DNA of 64,000 bases from NCBI GenBank assembly GCA_013166775.1, contig JABLTJ010000001.1, positions 64,001 through 128,000 of the forward strand, in the 5' to 3' direction. How positions within the stretch are numbered: position 1 is the stretch's first letter; every line of letters begins with the position of its first letter. This stretch comes from Promethearchaeati archaeon. GTDB lineage: Archaea; Asgardarchaeota; Heimdallarchaeia; Heimdallarchaeales; Heimdallarchaeaceae. This document shows, in pieces, positions 58,498 through 64,000 of the stretch. The notes below the pieces were generated by a model. It saw only the letters and a list, made by a program, of their open reading frames with translations, did not search any database and had not been told where the DNA came from. The position numbers and the translations under genes are program-made.

Positions 58498-58786
58498 TAT
58501 AGTCAAGAAAACTGAAAATAAGCTACTGGAAAGAACAGAAATTGAAGTTCAAGTAGAACACCATGGGGAAGCTGTTCCAAAACGAGATGATTTTCTAAAT
58601 AGAATATCGGCTTTATTGAATAAAGAAAGAAATCAAGTAGTTTTGATTAAATTAGAAGCAAAATATGGTATGGGTGTAAGTACCGCTCTAGTTCATGCTT
58701 ATGAAAGTGCTGAAAGGGCAAAAGCTGTTGAAAGAGAATATTTACTTAAACGATCTGGGATAGGGAAGGAAGAAAAACAGGAGTAA
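58487..58786 (+). CDS. rps24e: 30S ribosomal protein eS24
   Basis: NKLL.R.E, H....P.R, YG.G, YES; synteny. Confidence 0.93.
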   Translation: MKIDIVKKTENKLLERTEIEVQVEHHGEAVPKRDDFLNRISALLNKERNQVVLIKLEAKYGMGVSTALVHAYESAERAKAVEREYLLKRSGIGKEEKQE

Positions 58787-58798
58787 TTTGGTGAGAAA

Positions 58799-58969
58799 AT
58801 GAGTTCTGTACATAAAAGATACGAAATCAAGGATGGAAAGATTGTGAGAAAAAAGAAGGTGTGCGAACGTTGTGGAGATTCAGTATATATGGCTGAACAC
58901 AAAGATCGCCGAACTTGTGGTAAATGTGGTTTTACTACATATGAAAGAGGACGAAAAGCATCAACTTAG
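58799..58969 (+). CDS. rps27ae: 30S ribosomal protein eS31 (S27ae), no ubiquitin fusion (not in ORF track)
   Basis: MSSVHKRYEIKDGKIVRKKKVCERCGDSVYMAEHKDRRTCGKCGFT. Confidence 0.95.
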   Translation: MSSVHKRYEIKDGKIVRKKKVCERCGDSVYMAEHKDRRTCGKCGFTTYERGRKAST

Positions 58970-59024
58970 TTTTTTAATTTCTCACAATAGAAAAATTTAA
59001 CTTATTGTTAACGATTTCTCTTTT

Positions 59025-59101
59025 GGCGAATGACTGATTGAGACGGCTTAGATGTGTCAACACATAGGATAGAAAACCTAATAGGACGCCGATTAATCTG
59101 A
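59025..59101. ncRNA. Candidate small structured RNA element
   Basis: GATTGA/TTAATC and CGGC/GCCG enclosing hairpins ATGTG/CACAT and AGG/CCT; GC-richer than its flanks. Confidence 0.3.
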
Positions 59102-59167
59102 AAAAATTATCACAAATATTAAATGCATCTCTTTTATTTAATAATTAGAATAAAGGAGCTATAACAA

Positions 59168-59677
59168 ATGAAAACTCTTGAAATAAAAATACCAGAAGGC
59201 CTTTTAGATTATCTCCAAAGACTAGTTGACGAAGATAATTTTGAATCTGTAGAAGCTTTTATTTCACATGCTTCTTATTGGTTAGCTGAATTATATGGGT
59301 TTGGAGAAAAAACTGAGGGAAAAAGCTTAAGTGATTTGATAGCAGAACAAATAATTTCAAAAACAGGGAAAGTAGAAAAAGTTGCTCCTAAGGCAGAGGC
59401 ACAGGTTGCTCCCAAGGCAAAGCCACAAGCTGCTCCTAAAGCAAAAGTGATAGACCACGACATACCTAACCACGATATAATTTTAGAGTCTTTCGGATCT
59501 GCAAAATTCATGTACGAAGATGCTATTTTTGCTTCATGTCAATTTGCAACATTAAAACAAGGAAACCCTCCTTTATCGAAGGAAGAATTTATCAAAAACT
59601 TGGAAAAGATGGAAGAAGCTGGGATTCTGACTCAAATTAAACAGGCAGAAAAAACTATGTGGAAGAAACTTGAGTAG
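59168..59677 (+). CDS. Hypothetical protein, ribbon-helix-helix-like N-terminus and winged-helix-like C-terminus
   Basis: MKTLEIKIP..L...L..LV....F.S...FI; APKA x3 linker; LEKMEEAGIL. Confidence 0.6.
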   Translation: MKTLEIKIPEGLLDYLQRLVDEDNFESVEAFISHASYWLAELYGFGEKTEGKSLSDLIAEQIISKTGKVEKVAPKAEAQVAPKAKPQAAPKAKVIDHDIPNHDIILESFGSAKFMYEDAIFASCQFATLKQGNPPLSKEEFIKNLEKMEEAGILTQIKQAEKTMWKKLE

Positions 59678-59704
59678 AATCCTTTTTAATAAATTTCTTT
59701 TCCG

Positions 59705-60391
59705 TCAATTATTTTCCGAAAGAGCTTTTGCCATTTCAAATAAAACTTCTTGCGGTTCTTTTGATTTAACAAATCCAGAAGCTAATAATACTCCTCTCGA
59801 ACCAAGTTTTATGGCTTCTGAAACATCTTTTGCTGTTGAAACACCAGCACCAACTAGAGGTTTTACATTTGGATTCATCTCAAGTATAGCTGTTATTGTT
59901 TTTTCTACTAATTCTGGTTTAGTTGTGACAGATACTCCACTTCCAATTAATTCTGGAGGTTCCATTGCGCAAGCTTCTGGTGATAGCGCTGCTGCAGCTC
60001 GACTAGCTTGAAGATTGTTTGAGCAGACACAAGTCATGAAATCTAGATTCTTTGCACGACTAATTATTCCTTCGATTTTATCCAAGGTTAATCTATGCTC
60101 TGAATGATTAACAAGTGTTCCTGAAGCTCCGCTTTCGATAATAGCTTCAATCAAGTTGTTCCCTGTGAAGCTACCAGGCTCATTAGCATCAACATGTTGA
60201 GAAAAAACAGGTATATCTACAGATTCCGATATTAATCTAATATCTGTAGTATGAGGACATACTATAATTTCTGTACTAGTTTCTATTGCGACTTTCTCAG
60301 CAATTTTTGCTAAGTTTAAACCATTTTCTCCTAACGATTGAATATAGTTTTTGAAGTTTAGAATGATTACGGGGAAGATTATTTTTTCCAT
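59705..60391 (-). CDS. tpiA: Triosephosphate isomerase (archaeal type)
   Basis: NFKNY, QH, NHSEHR, EPPELIG, GAGV, GVLLAS; likely start ATG 60391. Confidence 0.95.
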   Translation of the reverse strand: MEKIIFPVIILNFKNYIQSLGENGLNLAKIAEKVAIETSTEIIVCPHTTDIRLISESVDIPVFSQHVDANEPGSFTGNNLIEAIIESGASGTLVNHSEHRLTLDKIEGIISRAKNLDFMTCVCSNNLQASRAAAALSPEACAMEPPELIGSGVSVTTKPELVEKTITAILEMNPNVKPLVGAGVSTAKDVSEAIKLGSRGVLLASGFVKSKEPQEVLFEMAKALSENN

Positions 60392-60512
60392 AAGAACAAA
60401 TAAATTGATGCAATTTAAAAAAGTTCCTTGCAACGGAAAGATCCATATACCAATGTTGAAATCTTTAAATAGTGTAAGCACAAATTAGACTTATAGAAAA
60501 TCCAAATCGTAC

Positions 60513-61034
60513 TTGGTGATTTGTTTGTATGGTGCTGACCAGATAAATACAATTCTACATGAAATTATTACAAGTGATGCTAATATCAATCATGTTATAT
60601 TAGCAGATAAAACAGGATTAACACTAGCTTATTCTTCTCGATTTGCTTTCGATGAATTCGAGACAGAAGCATTAGGAGCTATCGCTAGTGCAGTATATTT
60701 AGCTAGTGAACAGCAAGGTCAAAACGTTGGGCTAGCAGAACTAGATATAATCATATCTGAGTTTCAGGATGGGTTAATATTAGTTGCAAGCTGTGGTAGT
60801 ACAGTATTATGTCTTATTACTGATACTGGAGTTGCACTAGGAATGGTAAGAAGAACCATGAAAATTGCCGCAGAAAAAATAAGGAATATATTGGATGTTG
60901 AAGCTAAACCTGTACCTCCTCCAGAAGTTCAACCAATACCTGCACAACAACCTGTTGTAGTTGAAGAAAAGAAAGTACAGGACGAGTTTATCTCCGATCT
61001 AGAGCTTGCATTACGCGAACTAGAACAATTTTAA
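60513..61034 (+). CDS. Roadblock/LC7 (MglB/LAMTOR-like) protein with Pro-rich linker and C-terminal helix
   Basis: ILAD.TGL.LA, E.LGAIASA, G...L, E..DG, LG.VR. Confidence 0.85.
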   Translation: MVICLYGADQINTILHEIITSDANINHVILADKTGLTLAYSSRFAFDEFETEALGAIASAVYLASEQQGQNVGLAELDIIISEFQDGLILVASCGSTVLCLITDTGVALGMVRRTMKIAAEKIRNILDVEAKPVPPPEVQPIPAQQPVVVEEKKVQDEFISDLELALRELEQF

Positions 61035-61059
61035 AGAATCATTTACTATTGAGGAATGT

Positions 61060-61896
61060 TTGATGGATTCAAATGCTCAAAAAGGAGGAGTTGAAAGAGT
61101 AGGGAAAAAGGAACCTATCGTTGATTTAAGGGGAGAACTAATTTTAACAGGCATAAGATCTCTTGATCTTAAACTCGGTATGGAGCTATCGAATCGAAAA
61201 GGAATACCAAAAGGCTCCCTGATTTTAGTAAGTTATCCTTCTGATACAGTGATACCAACTCTTTTCGTGCAAAGAATTTTATTAAATTGGGCCCAAAAAT
61301 CTGATGATAATGTCATTTTTTATGTACATAGTGGGAGACCTTACAGTCATGTTTTACGATCTTTTCAAGCATATGAATGGGACGTTAAACCTTTTGAAGG
61401 TAAAAACTGGTATTTTGAAAATATGTTTGACTTATCAAGTTCTGCAATGGTTTCAGCACTCAAATTAGGAAAGATTGAAGTTCGACGCAAAACATATGTA
61501 AAAAAAGTAATTGAAAGAATGCTTCATGTAAAAGAGAACCAAAACAAGAAATGTTTCAGTGTTTTTGATGATCTCTTATGGATGAAAGAAGATCGATTAG
61601 ACGAAGATTCTAATACACTTATAACTTTTCTAAAAGACGCAATAATGTCTTTTAATCAAATAGAGGGTGTGCACTTCTTCTTATTACCTCAGGGGGTACT
61701 TGAACCAGTAGCGGAAAGAATAATCATGAATGCAGCACAAGGAATTTTCTACTTTTCGAGAAGTACAGTAGGAAGCAGAATAAGAGATAATTTTGCAATA
61801 ACAAAACTGATGGGGGTAGCATACATTAGTGAAAACTTGGAGATAACTCCTTCAGAAGTAGAAGGGTTCAAAATAGAATCAACAGCAAAAATATAG
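61060..61896 (+). CDS. Degenerate KaiC/RAD55-like RecA-fold protein
   Basis: TGI..LD..L....GIPKGSLILV followed by YPSDTVIPT in place of Walker A; ends EGFKIE. Confidence 0.7.
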   Translation: MMDSNAQKGGVERVGKKEPIVDLRGELILTGIRSLDLKLGMELSNRKGIPKGSLILVSYPSDTVIPTLFVQRILLNWAQKSDDNVIFYVHSGRPYSHVLRSFQAYEWDVKPFEGKNWYFENMFDLSSSAMVSALKLGKIEVRRKTYVKKVIERMLHVKENQNKKCFSVFDDLLWMKEDRLDEDSNTLITFLKDAIMSFNQIEGVHFFLLPQGVLEPVAERIIMNAAQGIFYFSRSTVGSRIRDNFAITKLMGVAYISENLEITPSEVEGFKIESTAKI

Positions 61897-62718
61897 TTGA
61901 TAACAATGGAAGAAAGAGAGGAGAAAGAAACAGAGGAACCAGAAGAATTTCAAGAAATTGCAGATGAGATATCAAAACTATCAGAAGAAGTAAAAGAAAT
62001 AAAAGACAATTTTAAATCTAGTCAAAAAGAAAGCAAGGGAATTTTTCAATCATCGAATAGGAAGAAAACATCAACACTAGAGTTATCACCAGCGCTTGAG
62101 TATGTTAACGAGTTATTGGAAAACTCATCTGAACAAATAATTTCGGAAATGAAGTCAGAATTTTTTAGATTATTTAATTTCCTATCGAGTATGATGTCGG
62201 TTTCGTCACAAAGAGATAGAACACTAGCAGAAGAAGTGAGAGAGTTTATGGAAACTCCAAGTGTGAAAACTTCGGAGGAAACAAGAGAAACAGGAGAAAC
62301 AGGAGAATGGGGGAGAGAAAAGGAGATGCTAAAACTCCTATTAGATGAGAGAGAATCACTAATTTACGAACTATCAGATCAATTAATAGCAATAGAAGCA
62401 GAAAACAAGAATCTGAAAGAGAAAATGGAAGAAATAAAAGTAGAAAGAAAATTATGGGAAAACCAAAAAGAAGTGTTCGAGAGATTAGTAACAACAGATC
62501 CAAGATTCAATATAATTACGTTGCTAAGAAGGATGGGAGTAATAGCACCAATACAACTGTCGTTTGTGCTAGGAGTATCATTATCACAAACAAGGAAGTA
62601 TATAATGGAACTAGAAAAAATGAGAATAGTGCAGGTAAATGAAGATGAAACAGTGGTGTTACATCAAGCATTTAATGAAGAAACAATGAATGTGAAAATA
62701 GAAAAAAAGGAAGAATAA
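61897..62718 (+). CDS. Coiled-coil protein with C-terminal winged helix
   Basis: Heptads; DPRF.I...L...G.....QLS..LG.S......Y..ELE....V. Confidence 0.75.
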   Translation: MITMEEREEKETEEPEEFQEIADEISKLSEEVKEIKDNFKSSQKESKGIFQSSNRKKTSTLELSPALEYVNELLENSSEQIISEMKSEFFRLFNFLSSMMSVSSQRDRTLAEEVREFMETPSVKTSEETRETGETGEWGREKEMLKLLLDERESLIYELSDQLIAIEAENKNLKEKMEEIKVERKLWENQKEVFERLVTTDPRFNIITLLRRMGVIAPIQLSFVLGVSLSQTRKYIMELEKMRIVQVNEDETVVLHQAFNEETMNVKIEKKEE

Positions 62719-62733
62719 AAAGAAAAGAAAAGT

Positions 62734-63303
62734 CTATTGTTGAGCATAAAGCTTCTCATAGAAAAGAACAATATTCTTAAGAAGAGTTTTGAAAGCTTCA
62801 TCAACATTTTCGCCAGTTTTAGCAGAAGTCTCAATATAAGGAACGGTGAAACCAGACCAACCAGAAAGAGAACGAGCATATTCTTCAGCTTGATCACGCA
62901 TAATAGGATCTTTAGCTGTAGAACGTAAATCAGATTTGTTACCAATGAGAACAATAGGAACAACACGATTACTGTTGTTCTTAAGAAGTTCAGCAATCCA
63001 AGAAGGAATGTTTTCAAAACTGGAACGACGAGAAATGTCGAAAACAAGAAGACAGCCAGAAGTGCCGCGATAATAAACCTCACGAACAGCAGAAAATCTT
63101 TGTTGACCAGCAAGATCCCAAATTTGAGCAACGAAATCTTGGTCATCGATACGTAAACGTTTGACAGCGAAGTCAGCCCCTATAGTCATACTGTAGCCGT
63201 CCTTAAATCCCTCTCCCAGGTATGTTTTCCTTAGGCTTGTCTTCCCTACTGCTCCGTCTCCCAGCAGTGTTATTTTGAATATTTTTCTTTGTCCCGCAGC
63301 CAT
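62734..63303 (-). CDS. Rab-like small GTPase
   Basis: GDGAVGKTS, TIGADF, WDLAGQ.RF, YYRG, GNKSD, ETSAK; no C-terminal Cys. Confidence 0.95.
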   Translation of the reverse strand: MAAGQRKIFKITLLGDGAVGKTSLRKTYLGEGFKDGYSMTIGADFAVKRLRIDDQDFVAQIWDLAGQQRFSAVREVYYRGTSGCLLVFDISRRSSFENIPSWIAELLKNNSNRVVPIVLIGNKSDLRSTAKDPIMRDQAEEYARSLSGWSGFTVPYIETSAKTGENVDEAFKTLLKNIVLFYEKLYAQQ

Positions 63304-63419
63304 AGCCTTTCCCCTATCACTGTCCTTTTTTCTATACTCTTCTTTCTTCTTTTTACTTTAAATATATTGTGTTAATCCTATCCCTCCAATTCTTTCTAAT
63401 TTTCTTTATTTTTTTTCAC

Positions 63420-63998
63420 TTATTCAGCTCCGAATGATCTCCAGTTTTTCACCAGCCACTCATATATTTTCATATACTTCTCATCTGCTACTGCTTTAAC
63501 CAAGGTTTGCAACAGTTCTTTTTCTATTTTTTCCAGATACATCATCAGCAGATTGTTATTATTAGGTAGCATCCAGGCTAGCGTCGTTTCTAAAGTTAAT
63601 TTGTCTATCTTACGGTATGAACATGCACCCATTCTTAATTGCTTTCCTCCGTATTTCACTATTCCTTCTTTGAACACGAAATTCTCCGCTGCTTCCTTTC
63701 CTATATTTCTAAATTTAAGATTATGGCCTAAACTTTCTTTTACCCATTTAAAGAATTCATCATAGTTTCTCTTGTATTCATTCAGCAAAATTAAGTATAG
63801 TAATAATCTTTCTCTTATCTCGATATCTGGCACCCCTGAAAGAACATTTAATTTTATTGATGTCTCTTTTGCTAATACTTTTCCGACAAATCCTCTGTCA
63901 TATCCTCTCCCTATCAATTGTTCTTTCCATGCTTTTACTTGTTTTTTTCCGTATTCTTTAGATGAAAACGCATTTAAGAAGAATTTATTCCTATCTGC
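63420..63998 (-). CDS. Hypothetical protein, 5' part outside the window
   Basis: Frame stays open to the window edge beyond the listed start at 63917. Confidence 0.7.
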   Translation of the reverse strand, partial: ADRNKFFLNAFSSKEYGKKQVKAWKEQLIGRGYDRGFVGKVLAKETSIKLNVLSGVPDIEIRERLLLYLILLNEYKRNYDEFFKWVKESLGHNLKFRNIGKEAAENFVFKEGIVKYGGKQLRMGACSYRKIDKLTLETTLAWMLPNNNNLLMMYLEKIEKELLQTLVKAVADEKYMKIYEWLVKNWRSFGAE

Positions 63999-64000
63999 TC

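Larger units (their letters stand above)
61650..64000. other. Local purine/pyrimidine strand-skew domain inverting at about 63178
   Basis: + strand purine-loaded at synonymous and intergenic sites left of about 63178, pyrimidine-loaded to the right. Confidence 0.85.

Noticed and set aside
58799-58969. Ubiquitin-S27a fusion
   Set aside because: The gene starts 12 bp after rps24e, leaving no room for a ubiquitin domain.
60392-60481. N-terminal extension of TpiA in the ORF track
   Set aside because: Overlaps the AT-rich divergent promoter region; homology starts at MEKIIFP.
61897-62718. A-rich coding region as a diversity-generating retroelement template or variable region
   Set aside because: No reverse transcriptase and no TR/VR repeat pair; the bias includes G and is mirrored on the other strand.
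63345-63380. TTTAAATATATTGTGTTAAT as a dif/Xer site near the skew switch
   Set aside because: Only one arm loosely resembles a XerD site and the arms are not complementary; it is better explained as the TATA box of the Rab gene on the minus strand.

Overview
AT-rich archaeal chromosomal segment, very probably from an Asgard archaeon (Heimdallarchaeia-like). This is inferred from archaeal informational genes occurring together with eukaryotic-signature proteins: two Rab-like GTPases, a roadblock protein, a ubiquitin E2, a gelsolin-domain protein and a TRAP-beta-like protein. The window holds the distal spc ribosomal operon with an in-place inverted secY-cbf5 block, tRNA-Ser and rps13-rps4-rps11, and an accessory region with gene remnants (about 14.8-24 kb). 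It also carries a preQ0/archaeosine operon, radA, a PolB1-type polymerase, an IDH/aconitase/ATP-citrate-lyase-like operon, aIF2gamma, rpoE'-spt4-rps24e-rps27ae, tpiA and a roadblock module. The strongest unexplained signal is a sharp, near-total purine/pyrimidine strand-asymmetry flip at about 63178, inside a Rab-like gene: synonymous sites make the + strand purine-loaded for about 1.5 kb to the left and pyrimidine-loaded to the right. Other highlights are a multi-helix RNA-like leader before rps13, a uS4 fused to tandem repeats and an HhH domain, RadA with a duplicated N-terminal domain, and a divergent aconitase pair in a citrate-cleavage-like operon. All calls are by eye from motifs and synteny; no database searches were run.
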